From Lama glama (Eukaryota), in NCBI GenBank assembly GCA_028534125.1, contig CM052817.1:56422001-56486000 (forward strand): a DNA stretch of 64,000 nt, written 5' to 3'. A model generated the notes under the pieces. The model was not told the DNA's origin. It was given only the letters and a program-made list of their open reading frames with translations, and ran no database searches. Position 1 is the stretch's first letter; each line of letters opens with the position of its first letter. Positions 25,214 to 37,660 of this stretch are shown here, piece after piece. Made by a program: the position numbers and the translations under genes.

Positions 25214-26632
25214 TAGAAGAAAGATAGTCTTTTTAACAAATGATGCTGGAACAACTGGACACCCATATGCAAAAAAATCTAGAGATAGATCTCATGTCCT
25301 TTACAAAAAATGAACTCAAAATGGATCACAGACCTACATAAATTTAAAGCACAAAACTATAAACTCTTTTAAAAAACAGAAAGCCTTGATGACTTTGTAT
25401 ATGGCTTTGATTTTTTAGAGACAACAAAAAAGGCACAATCCATGAAAAAAAAATTGATAAATTAGACTTCATTAAAATTAAAAACTTTTACTTTTGCTCT
25501 GAAAAGACAATGTCAAGAGAGTAAGAAGACAAACCACAGACTGGGAAATATTCACAAAAGATACATCTGAAAAAAGACTTTTCCAAAATATACAAAGAAC
25601 TTCTAAAACTTAACAATAAGAAATAAACAATCGAATTAGACAATGGGCCAAAGACCTTAATATTTCACCAAAGAAGATATGCAGATGGCAAATAATCATA
25701 TGAAAAGATGTTCCACGTAATTTCTCATCATGGAAATGCTAATTAAAACAACAACAAAATGCTATCACACATTTATTAGAATGGTCAGAATATGGAACAT
25801 TGACAACACTAAATGCTGGCAAGGAACATTAATGAACTCTCATTTATTGCTCATGGGAATGCAAAATGTTAGAGCTACTTTGGAAGACAGTTTGGTGGTT
25901 TCTTATGAAATTAAACATATTCTTACCATATGATCCAGCAGTTAAATTCCTTAGTATTTACCCAAATGAGTTGAAAACTTATGTCCACACAAAAACCTGC
26001 ATGCAGATATTTATAGCAGCATTATTCATAATTGCCAAAACTTTGAAGCAACCAAGATGTCCTTCAGTAGGTGATGGATAAACTACAGTGCTTCCAGACT
26101 ATGGAATAGTATTCAGTGCTAAAAAGAAATGAGCTATCAAGCCATGAAAAGTCATGGAGGAACCTTAAATGCATACTAGTAAACAAGAGAAGCCAATCTA
26201 AAAAGTCCTCATCCTGTATGATCCCAACTATGTGACATTATGGAAAACATAAAACTATAATGACAGTTAAAAAAAAATCAGTGGTATCTAGGGGTTGGAA
26301 GTGGGGGGAACGACTAGGCAGAGCAGTAGGAATTTTTAGGATGGTCAAACTATTCTGTATGATACTATAATGTTGGGTACATGTTATTATACATTTATCC
26401 AAATCCATTGAATATACAACAGCAAGAGTGAACTTTAATGTAAACTGTAAACTTTTAGAGATTATAATATGTGAATGTAGGTTCATCAATTGTAAAAAAT
26501 GTACCAGTTTAGTGGAGGATGTTGATAATGAGGGAAGTAATGCACATATGGGATAGAGAGTATATAAAAAATCTCTGTACCTTCCTCTCAGTTTTGCTCT
26601 GAAACTGAAACTGAATTAAAATAATACATTTT
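25214..26632 (+). mobile_element. L1MC1-like ORF2 3' part and 3'UTR
   Basis: aaatgagctatcaagccatgaaaag; gaagccaatct; aactattctgtatgatactataatg; caagagtgaactttaatgtaaact; ggaggatgttgataatgaggga. Confidence 0.88.
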
Positions 26633-27599
26633 TTAAACTGTAGCAATTATTTTTTTACGTATGTAAAGACTTCTTTTATTAACTTCAAACACAGTGCTAA
26701 GAAACCTTGTTGATTAAAATCTTCACCTGTGAGAAACATTACTGTTTGAAATCAAGTCATTAAGAATGGAACATTCCACCTTTGCTTAAAGGATCTGAAC
26801 TATTTGGGTCACTACTGAAGTAGCCTTAATTTCCAAACTCAGTTCTTCAGATAAGAGAATTTTGGGGGGGGTTCATTTTTTGTTTTTTGTTTTCACAGCA
26901 TTCATCCTTTATCTTAACTTGGTAGCTCTGAAGAAACAGAACACAAAGTGTCTTCTTAGTGTGACTGGTAATCAAACTATATCATTTCCAATAAAAATTA
27001 AGAGAATATTTCCAACTAGACAGAGTTAAGGTCATATAATTTGAGCAATTACGGCTTCCTTACTATTGATTTCCTCAGCTCTTTATTTCTCCTGACTCTT
27101 GAATAAGACAACTGTGATAAATGTCCAGACGTGTTTCATGCTTCTCCAAGTTCTCCTCAGAAACAGTCATTAAGCACAAACACAACCCTGTTAAAAGTCC
27201 CTTCTCATCCTCTTTTAGTTATCTGCCCCATGGCTCCTCATGGACAGTGTTCGCCAATGTTGCAGAAAGTTAATAAACCTGATTTGCTTTACTGCAGGTA
27301 TATTCCTGGTGGTATTTAGCAAATATGTTTTCTCAATATGAAAATGTGTAACTTAAAACAAGTCGGTAGACATTTGTTGATTGCCTCTTCAGTTTCAATT
27401 CTCTTTTCTTCAACAACACTTTTTGATATTCCCATTCTTGCCTGCATGGCATGAGTAGAATCAATTGCCTGACACAAACCTCCCTGACCACTAAAAGTTG
27501 ATTTAAATTAATGAAAATAAGTAATCTCCAAGATTTCAAGAGATAGCAGAAGACACACTCTAATTTCTCTTAGATTGTAAAGTGTAAAAATGTGTGGTC

Positions 27600-27845
27600 C
27601 ACATATGCTCTAGTGAGTTTGCTATCCTAAAAGGAGAATCTAGAATTCTGGTGTGAAAATTGACATCATTATAAGTATACTGGAAAGACAGACATGAAGT
27701 CCTAGGGGAGACTGTGCAGATTACTTGGATGCAGTATTGCCTGCTTCTAACTTTTCAGATAAGTAAGCCAATAAATTCTTTCCTTTATTTAAACTACATT
27801 GAGGTTTGTTTATTTTAACTGAACTTGAAAATATCTTATAATAAT
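27600..27845 (+). mobile_element. Old MaLR LTR 3' fragment (MLT1J/K/L-like)
   Basis: acttttcagataagtaagccaataaattctt...tttaaactacattgaggttt. Confidence 0.5.
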
Positions 27846-28679
27846 TATGAATCTGATCTAAAGACATAGAGAAAATTCACAGAAGATATTTTTGCTGACT
27901 CCATGTGCACTGTGATAGAAAAAGACCTATTTAAGGCTAGTTTGTTCCCACTAATCTTGGCCCATCCATATGGCAAAGAAGAGATACAGTAGCCTAGGAG
28001 TTGTACATCTGACAGTGTTCATTAGTAACAGCTCTTGATAAGGCTGGTCTCTGAATAAAATAAAACACATTAACCTTGACATTATTAAAAACCTTGAGAT
28101 TGTTAGCTTACTTTGAAAAAGAAAAAACAGAATAGAATCTTAATCATTGTTTTTCAATGTTGAGAGACTAAGCAGTGAGAGTAACCACCAACTATTCTCT
28201 ACCCTCAAAGAGAAGAGCATTTGAAAGTTTTACAAATGCTATTCTTTGAAGATAAGAAAGATGAACCCCAGAGACATAAGTGGTCATTCATAGCCCATAT
28301 CTCATGAAACAAGAACTAATTTAATAGTGAATATAATAGCTAAATTTCATTGTTTCATTATTCTGTTTCAGAATGTATATAGTTTATTTCACTCCATAGA
28401 GTACTATAATTATAATCATTTTGGGCTTGAGATCAACTGATGTGGCAGGTATGATAGAAATTAATTTTACACTAGCAGATAAAAATTTCATCTACTTTTA
28501 TTGAGGTTCTATCATGAAGTTCTCTCCAACCAAACTGTATCATGAAGTTCTCTCTCCAGATATCTATCCTCTGGCTTCTGGTATACCCTATAGAACCACA
28601 GCCATTTCTGAGCTTCTGAACTAGCAGGAGAATCTGGAAGTGTGGTATGAAAAGTGACAGCATATAAACTAAAACTTAG

Positions 28680-29134
28680 CTATAATATAAGGAGACAAAA
28701 AACAAAATAGCAAAAATTGAGAAAAGTAGACATATAGAAAATAAGATACTGAACTTTTAAATCCTAGGGATTAGCATGTTTTAAAATAAATTTTAAAAGA
28801 AGAATTTCACAGAAAACAGGAAAAAGAAACCCCAAATAATGAAAGATAAATCTTAAAGCTAAAAAATGCAACAGCTGAAACTAAAATTCAGTACATCTGA
28901 TTAGACCCAACAGACAAGAGAATCTAAAAACTAGAATACAGATCAGTAGAATTAATAGTGCTTGAAGCACAAAGCTAAAAAAGAAGTTGAAAATAGAGGG
29001 GAAAAAAAAAAACCATGATGAAAAGATATAATAAGTGTATTTGGAGTTGCATGAAGAGATAAGGGTAAAACTGAAGCAAAAGTAAAACTTGAGATGGCAC
29101 TGCCTAAGAATTACCCCATACTGATAAAATGCAT
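28680..29134 (+). mobile_element. Ancient L1 ORF1 fragment
   Basis: A-rich; caacagctgaaactaaaattcagt...gattagac...aactagaatacagatcagtagaa. Confidence 0.55.
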
Positions 29135-29607
29135 TGTTGTAATCTGCCTCCAAGATGACTCACAGTGATAATCAACTCTTGATATCCATGACTTTGTGTT
29201 GACTGTTGACTGGACTTAGTGGCTTACTTCTAACTAACTGAATAAAGGAGAATTGATGGTATACGCTTGAAGATGAGACCATAAAAGGCAGCATGGCATC
29301 TTGTTCTCTCTCTTTTGACCACTCATTCTGGCAGAAGCCAGCTGCAGGAAGAGGCCTACAAAGCAAGGAACTAAAGCTCCTGCCAACTTCCGTGGTTGTA
29401 AGCATGGTTGTGTATCCATCCCCAGTCAGATAACTGCTATCTTACCAACAGCTTAACTGTAGCTTCATGAGAGAACTTGAGTCAGAATCACCTAGCTAAG
29501 CCACTCCTGGGTTTCTGATTTTCAGAAACTTTATGAGATAATAAATTCTTGTTTTAAGTAACTAAATTTGTGGATAGTTTGTTATTAAGTAATAGATAAT
29601 TAATATA
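29135..29607 (+). mobile_element. MaLR solo LTR (MLT1F-like)
   Basis: gcctccaagatgactc; aggaactaaagctcctgccaac; aatcacctagctaagccactcctgg; ends aatagataattaatata. Confidence 0.85.
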
Positions 29608-29848
29608 ATTGTATGGTCTAAATATGAAACTGGTGTTATGACTACAAAATCTTTTGTTAAAACTTTAGAAAGATAAAGCACTGTCTAGTCAAACAAAAGG
29701 TCTTTAAAGATTTAAATAGTATAATTCACAGCTTCTCTAAATAAAAAAAAAAAGGTTCCTAAAAATGTATAAGGGCATTATTCCTTAGGAGAAATATAAG
29801 CTAGAAAGGGGCTTTTTTCAAAGAAAACTATTTTTTTTTTCCCAGTCA

Positions 29849-29952
29849 GATGAACTTATCTACAAAACAGAAACAGACTTAACAGACGTAGAGAACAAAC
29901 TTATGGTTACCAGGGGGTAAAGGAGGTGGGAAAGGATAAATTGGGAATTTGA
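29849..29952 (+). mobile_element. Short younger L1 3'UTR fragment
   Basis: tgaacttatctacaaaacagaaacagact...aacaaacttatggttaccaggggg...ggataaattggga, paralogous to 2005-2100. Confidence 0.85.
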
Positions 29953-29959
29953 AAACTGC

Positions 29960-30097
29960 ACCTCTTGGGGAGTGATGAAAATGTTGCTATTTTGACTGTG
30001 GTAGTGGTTTCACTGGTGTATACATCTATCAAAATCCATCAAATTGTACACCTGAAATAAGCATAGTTTATTGTACAGGAACCATACCACAGTAAAG
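29960..30097 (+). mobile_element. Old L1 (L1ME-like) 3' terminus
   Basis: gtgatgaaaatgttgctattttgactgtggtagtggtttcactggtgtatacat...catcaaattgtacac. Confidence 0.75.
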
Positions 30098-30762
30098 TGT
30101 CAAGACGCAGTCCAATGTTGTCAGTGAAAATGTCAGTATAAATTCAAAGAACAGCCTTCTGCCATCACTATGGGCACATTCCTTCACCTCATGTGCAATT
30201 TCACTAACCCCATCAAACATTATTTTTAATTATAGAAGGAGATTGTAGGTGAGGATTAAATAAAACAAAATGTTTAAAAGCAAAGCATAGTTCCTTATTC
30301 TTGCATTTGGAATATGTGAGGTTTCTCCCTTTTACCTTCCCAACGTTCAAAACAAAGCAAAGCAAAACAACAATAAAATCGCACACCACATCCTGAACAA
30401 AAATTTCTATTAGTAGAAGAGGGAAAGAAAGAAAAGAAAGAAAGAAAGACTTAAAGGAGTTCCATTGTACCAGCCAAATTATTATTTTAAATCAGATAAC
30501 ATAAAAACATAGGGATGAATATAAGTAACTGCCAACATTTGAAACACCAAAACTGGGGTGAATGGGCAGTCTGTAAAGAACATGAGGCAAATACACTATT
30601 TGCTTCATCTTTGTAAAGGGATAAATTACCCACTATGTATTGGTAGAATGTCCATTGATTTTTCAATAGCATCATTAATAAGAAAGACTGCCCTCATCTT
30701 TCCCTCATCTTTTTATTTTTTAATAACACCTTTCTGCTTATAATTAAAATTCAGTTCCTTAT

Positions 30763-31280
30763 TTTGGTTGGCTGAAGATGGCTACAAGTTGTTTGGTGCT
30801 CCTCTATGTGTCCTCCTCCTGAATCTTGGCAGGCTCTGTAGCTGCTCTGGCAAACAGTATACAGCAGAAGTGATGCTGTACCTGCTTTTACATCCTGGCC
30901 TTTCAGAGAATGGTATCTTCTTCTTCCTCTATCAGAACACTTGATCTTGGAATTCTGAGCAGTTAGGTAGAAAGTTCATCTATCCTGAGGCTATCATACT
31001 AAGCACACCATGAGACAAGATCACATGGAAAAACCAACAAAGAAATTCGGAGATAATGTGAGAAGAGTTGGGTAACCAATCCCTACCTGTCCCAGCCCCC
31101 ATTTGTTTGAATTATCCCACCTCAGAGCTCATATTTTATGGAGCAAAAGTGAGTCTTTCTCTGTGTTTTCTGCCTAAATTCTAAATCCACAAAATGTAAA
31201 GAATAATAACAAAATGGATATTATTTTAAGCAACTGCATTATGGTGGTAGAGTGCTGTGTTATAACAGACAACCGGAGCA
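30763..31280 (+). mobile_element. MaLR solo LTR (MLT1G/H-like)
   Basis: aagatggctacaag; cctgaatcttggcaggctctg; cagaagtgatgctg; ends acagacaaccggagca. Confidence 0.75.
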
Positions 31281-31636
31281 CTGACCAAGATAAAGACTAG
31301 AATCAGGTATTAGTGAAACTCAAGCACCTATTTAAGGAGTTTTCTTAACAAGACCCTCCACCACCTCCAAATGAAAGAAAGTGTATCTAAACTGCAGTAA
31401 TGTCCTAAATTTTGCGATTAGGCCACAATTCCAGTAGTGTTACTTGGAAAGCAAAGGCAAGTGAGCAAAAGTTACCACAAAGAGCAAGATTGAAAAATCC
31501 TGAGGAATCCAGCCATCTTCCTACCTGTGTGATTGACTATTACAAAAAAATAAGATAAACACTTTAAAATGTCCTGCTAGGATTTTTATCCATTAGATAT
31601 AATGATAGATTATCTAAAATACTTTTGATGAGGAGC

Positions 31637-33850
31637 CATTCAGTCAACAACTATATGTACTGAGCATCTATATTATGACAGATACCATTAAAGGTATTGG
31701 AGAGAAAAATAGTGAACCAGGAGAAAGAGTGCCTGGCCTTGTGAAATGTACACTCTAGAGAGTAGACAGACAAAAGAACAAACAAAAAATGAGGAAAGTA
31801 CTTTTTAGGATGAATTAAAGCTGAGAAATAAATAAATTAGAAACATGGATCACTGAGGGAAAAACTACTTCAAATAGTCAGGGAGAGTCTCTTTGAGCAG
31901 ATATCATGTAAGGCAAGACCCAAAAATAAAAAGGAAACAATCAGATGAAGAGGAAGTGGGTGCATTTCATGGGAACAAGAGTCCATATATGTACATTTTT
32001 ACCAAAATGAAAATAATTTTACATATTTTTGCAACTAAGAAAGGACCACTGTGATTGAGGAAGGAGAAAGAGGGACATAATTGTCAAATGACTTTAGTGA
32101 CTCAGTAGAGAATCATGCCCAACTGTTTAGGTCATAGTAAGAATGGTAACTTTTTTCTAAGGGCTTTGGGAAACAAACTTTTAAGTAGCAGAAAAATGTA
32201 ATCCAACTTGACATTTTAAAAGATCACTTTTATTGCCATATAGAGAAGAAAGCAAATGGACAGGAGGCGTTTTGAGTAATTCAGGTAATAGTTAACAGCA
32301 ACCCAAGATACAGAACAATCATAGTAAAGGAATCTAAAAATTGGCAGATGCTTCTGAAATATTATCAGTGTACAATTCAAATCTGTAATCAATATATTTC
32401 AAAGATATGATTAATAGGACTTGCTAAAGAAAGGATAGGAGGGAGCAATTGCAAACTTAATGAGAGAACTACTAATAGAGTTACCAATATAAAGTATGAC
32501 TACTAATAATAAATTATTATTTATGAATTCCTAGCCTCAGATGAGTGGTAGTGGCATTTTTGAAATGACCACAATATGCAATTTGGGATAAACAGATAAT
32601 CAAAGGAGATGTCTATGGAGGGAAAATAGAGTTCTGGGATCATCAGAATATACAGGACACCAGAATTCTTTGGAATCAATGAGATTAATGAGAAGTAATA
32701 AGAAAAAAGTGAGTAAAAGGTCCAAGACCAAATTCTGTAGCTCTCAACAATTAAAGATTTGGTGTAGGAGGATGAGCTGGCAAAGAAGATTGGATAAGTG
32801 GTAGAAGGAAACCAAAAAGAGCAGAATTTTGTAGAGGCCAAGGAAGGGGAGTATTTCAAGAAGGAAAAGGCATTCAGTGAGTCCTGTAGTAAAAATGTTT
32901 CTGATAATCTTGACAGGACTTCAGTCAAATGCCGAGGTAAGGAGCAGAGAAGAGGTAAAATCAGGAGGTGAGGATAAATGGAAGCCCTTTGTGAAAAAAT
33001 GCCATATGAATTCTGTCAACAAATGGGGCCAAATAAATTATGCTGGAAGGAACGTGCCATCCACAGAACACAGAAGTTTCCAGAATATGCTTCATGTTTG
33101 TGGGAATTACAAACTCTAAAGGAAGAGAATCTCAAGGGAGTAAACAGAAGATATGACAAAAAGAGTGAGGCTTTTGGAAAGGAACTGGATTCAGAGAATG
33201 CAGTGGGACTAGAGTTTGATAAGAAGGGTAACATTAAAGCGTAGTCAGAAAGAGAAGATGGATGTGGGATAGATATACTTGCAGACTTGGTGGTGAAATG
33301 CTGAGGGAAATTGCTTCTGGTGGTTTCTACTTTCTCAATCAGTTAAAAGGTGAATATTCAGTACAGATTAAAGGTGAAAAAGTTTAGGATTAGAACTGAG
33401 AAGGAATATTTTATGGCACGAGATCATGAGCTCAACAAGAAAGCACTGTAAGAAAGAGATAGGTAGTCTCAACGGCCTGTTAAAATGTGTAATGTGGAAT
33501 GATTCAGGTCAGCCAAGCAGTTAGTTACTGTAGTACAAATATAGAGAAAATAAATGGATATTGGAGTTTAAATCATTTTAATGCCTTCAGGTGAGTACTA
33601 CGGATTTGAAAGAAAAGTGAGAAATAATGACAATGATGGAATATGAATTGTAGGCTAGACAAGGAAAAATGTACAACAGAGTTCTGATTAATAATGATAA
33701 AGTGGTACAATAAATGGATTCAAGATCTTGATGAAATCAAAGAATCACTGTAGTAGAGGTTCTTTAATAAGCAAATTGGAAAAACAGGATATAATCAGAG
33801 AGAGACATTTCTGATACTGAGATTTTAGAAGTGGATTAGATATTATAACC
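31637..33850 (-). mobile_element. Long L2 remnant
   Basis: Starts cattcagtcaacaactatatgtactgagcatcta; tttaaaagatcactt; gtagaggccaaggaagg; purine-rich antisense L2 character throughout. Confidence 0.75.
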
Positions 33851-36619
33851 TAAGCAAATTTATATAACTTAATATAAACTGATAAAAACTTAGAATTTGA
33901 AAAGTGTATTACCATCTAAGTATCTTATCATCTACCATTTTGACAGAATATCTGGTTAGAATTGCTAATGTAAGTAGAGAGAAAGGTGGCAGACTCATTT
34001 ATAAACAACACATGGTACATAACCTGAGAAAATGTCTGAGTTTTGTTGCCTTTTTCAGGTATATGAGAAAGCGCAAACATAGACAATGTCTTATATTTGA
34101 TTGTTCAAAAGTAATGTAAGATGTGCCTCAGAGGGAACATATTTTATTCATAGCAGGTGTGGTCTCACTCCAAAAACAGAAATATGCAAGAAACGTAATT
34201 TTCTTTTATTTTTTGTAATTCAGTATAATTTTTATTTCAAGCTCTTATTCAGTGGAGAGGGAAAAACTTAATTCCAGTCCATTTAAATTCCTCACCCTAG
34301 TGCCTGAAATGGTGTGTAATTTCTACTATCTTGCATATGGCAAGGATTTTGTAAATAACATCTGGTCCTCATAGCCTTCAATCTCTGTTAATATCCACTG
34401 AAACATTTATCATTCTGAATGATCATCCATCATTGATTCATCCCCAGTGCCTCTGCTTCATCCCACATTAGTGTCTAACTAGTTCTTTTACTTTTGGAAA
34501 CATTCCTTGCTGACATTGACTTTACTGCTTTACGCCATACCTGAACAGAAGACATCGCTGCGGATGTCACGTGATGTTTAGTTGGATGCCAAATGCACTC
34601 TTAAGTTTGTGTAATTATTCAGCTACACCCAGGTCATACTGGTGCAAGGGGAGAACCAAGTAAGCTCATTTCTAGACACATCACATATATATTCCTAGAA
34701 CAGGGTCTTGTGCTACCATCCTAATGTCCACCAAGAAAAGACACATTCATCTTTTTTTTTTGTTGTTCTTAGATTACACAAATGTAACTGGTTTTCTACT
34801 GTTCCATTTTTTCAAAGGGACTCTACCACATCTAACCTCTCTCTGTTTCCATTCTGATACCTTCCTTTTCCCATTCTGATCTAGTCTGAAGATAGGATAC
34901 CTGGCTTATATACTACAGATATTCTTCCCTATGTTTACAAAATGTGAGTTCCTTTTCTTTCCCTTCAACTACTAAGCTTTTGAAACACAAAAGCAGTATT
35001 TGATTTGCATTCTCTTAGTTATATTAGCCCTTCTCTGAGTGAGGAAAGGGTCAAATCATGCAACAAAACACAGGAAGAAATTATGGATTGATATTTTGAA
35101 AGCCTACTATGCCATGTGATAATGGTGTAGAACATCACTACTTAATAAAATATTTTCACATGAGCTCTAAGCAATTCCCAAATTCTGTGAAGAATTGTTA
35201 GAAATCTTTTAAAAATAAACTGTAGGTGCTAAGTTTCAGGGGGGTAGCATTATAGGAGTGGGGAAGTACACACTGATAAAAAAAACTTGAATAAGTAACA
35301 TAGAAGAAAAGATTGCTATATTATTATGCCAATTTTAATTAAATGATTATTAAGACCTGGCCAAAAATGCAAGTAAGTATGTTAGATTATCTGTGCTATG
35401 TCTAAGAGATAATTGATTACATTGTGTCTCTGTGTTATGTGGTAAGCTATGTTTAAATAACAAGTTGTTTAAATAGAATAAAAGGGGTTAGCTTTGACCA
35501 TGTCGTAAGGCTGTGGCATAGAGTCCAATAGGGTGTTTTGATATGAAAGCCATATACTAGTACTGGAGTCATGGTAATGAAAGATTAATGGTCACATTCT
35601 CAAACAATTAACATATATGAGAATCAACAGGAATATAAGATAATATGCATTCTAGATGGTCAAATGAATAGGCTTAGATTTAAGCTATGTTACTGATGGA
35701 AACACAGTGATGAGCTATGTCAAAAAAGTATTCCCTTTAGGTCCTATCCTATCTGTCTTTTTCCTCTTTCCTTTTTTTTCTTTCTTTCCAAGATAAGGTC
35801 CTTTTGACTTCAGAGACTCAATGAATATTGTTATTCCTCATTTGAATACTCCCCCAATCTGCATTCCTTCTGTGGAGTTGACACCTAATCATTATTCTGA
35901 TTTTAGCTTAGTTATTACTTCCTCTAGAAAATCTTCATATTCTCCCAAGGGAGAATTGAGATCTTCTTAACACTGTTCTCATAAAAGTAATGTCTCAAGA
36001 CATTATAAAATATAGTATTTAATCATGTTATTCTCTCTTTCTAGACCAAAGGCCCTCAGAAGGCTTAGACAACATGCAAGAGGAACCCTGGCGTATTTCA
36101 CTGCTTTCTTTGTTTTCAGAACCTAATGCGTGGAAGTTTAATCAACTTTCAGTAATGTAAATGAGAACTATAACTGTCTGGCTAGAATCCTCTATTGGCT
36201 AACTGCTACCATTACAATGATTCAAAATCCCATTGCTGAGCTGTAAGGACTTGTAAGCTTCTGCTTACATCTTGAATGCCATCCTTTATCTCTATGCAAA
36301 ACATTTTGACCTTTCAGTGTAGTTTTTTTTTTTTTTGTATTTTTGGTTTGCTTTTTGTGGGTTTTTTTATTTTTAGTTTAAGAGTGTTTGTACTAGCTAT
36401 TTCTCCTGCTTTAATTGAATTTTCCTATGTTTTTTCTATTTTTTCATATGGTTGGCTCCCTCAGATTCTCAGGGAGAATTTTTCATTTCAGTACAAGTGC
36501 CTGCTTCCACTCATTGTGATCAGTTACTAAACCATTACATCCTTTTACTTTCTCCATACCACTTATTCATGGCCATTATTTTTAATGTTTATTTTCTATT
36601 TCTTTCTACTGGGGAAAAG

Positions 36620-37660
36620 TTACAAACCTCACAAAACATTGTTAATAGTTTTTTTTTGTTTGTTTTTTGGTTTTTTTAGTCAATTATCTTTTAAAGGGAT
36701 ATAAGTAATAAGAAAAAAGTACTTATATTTTCAAAAGAAGTTGCCATTTCTTCTGTCCTTCATTTCTCTGGTTAGATCTAGGTTTTGATCTGGTATTGTT
36801 TTCCCTCTGCCCTTCCTTTAATAGTTCTTGTAGTTCAGCTCTACTGGTGATGAAATCTTTCAGCACCTTTGTATCTGAAAAATATTTATTATTCCTTTGC
36901 TTTTTGGAAGATATTTTTGCTGGGTATGGAATCCCAGGTTGACAATTTCCCTCATTATTTTCAAGATGTTACTTTCTGTGTACATCCTCATTGGGGCAAT
37001 ACCACCCTCAAGGGGATGAAAATTTATTCTTAAGGCTGGAGGCGATCTTAAGGCTGGATGTCTCTCAAAAAAGGCACGGTATATACAGTATATATACAAT
37101 ATTGGACATATACCTGTATGTGTATTGGTATATATTAAACAGATACACCTTACATCCAAGGTATTGAGATTTCATGAGGCAGGAGCGATTAGGAAAGATT
37201 ATATATTTTTAAAAGCCTTCTGTGTTAAGAGTGATAATGAAAACAACATGGAAAAACAGCTTTATTGTCTTTTACTTGCCTTGTTCTGATAAGAAATCTG
37301 CTATCATTTCTATAATTTGTTCCCCTGCACATATTCCAGAGCAATATGACTATATTATGATTTGAGGGACTTTTCTTTCTATTTATTTGTTTGAGATTTG
37401 TTGAGATTCTTAAACATGTGGGTTTATTATTTTCATAAAATTGGAAAAACCCTAGCCATTATTTCTTAAAATATTTTCTGCCCTGCCCCTTTTTTAAAGG
37501 ACCCCAATTACACATATATTAGGCAATCTGAAGTAGTTTCATAGATTTTCTCTGTTTCATTTTGGATAGTTTCTTTAACTATCTTTTCAAGTTCACTAAT
37601 CTTTTCTTCTGCCATGTCTAATCTTCCATTAATTTCATGTGTGATAAGAATAATTATGCA
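36620..37660 (-). mobile_element. Old L1 (L1M) ORF1-region fragment, interrupted by a MITE
   Basis: tactggtgatgaaatctttcagc; gatatttttgctgggtatggaat; ttctgataagaaatctgct; tcaagttcactaatcttttcttctgc. Confidence 0.8.
36978..37260. mobile_element. Probable hAT-Charlie non-autonomous element inserted in L1
   Basis: Non-L1 block between colinear L1 segments; ggggcaataccaccctcaaggggatgaaaatt recalls Charlie MITE ends. Confidence 0.5.

Noticed and set aside
28510..28557. 17-bp direct repeat (tatcatgaagttctctc x2), and a similar 15-bp tandem at 479-508
   Set aside because: Only two units each; ordinary slippage duplications, not an array, and CRISPR is not applicable
32521..33244. Cluster of 70-135 aa ORFs
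   Set aside because: They lie within a decayed L2
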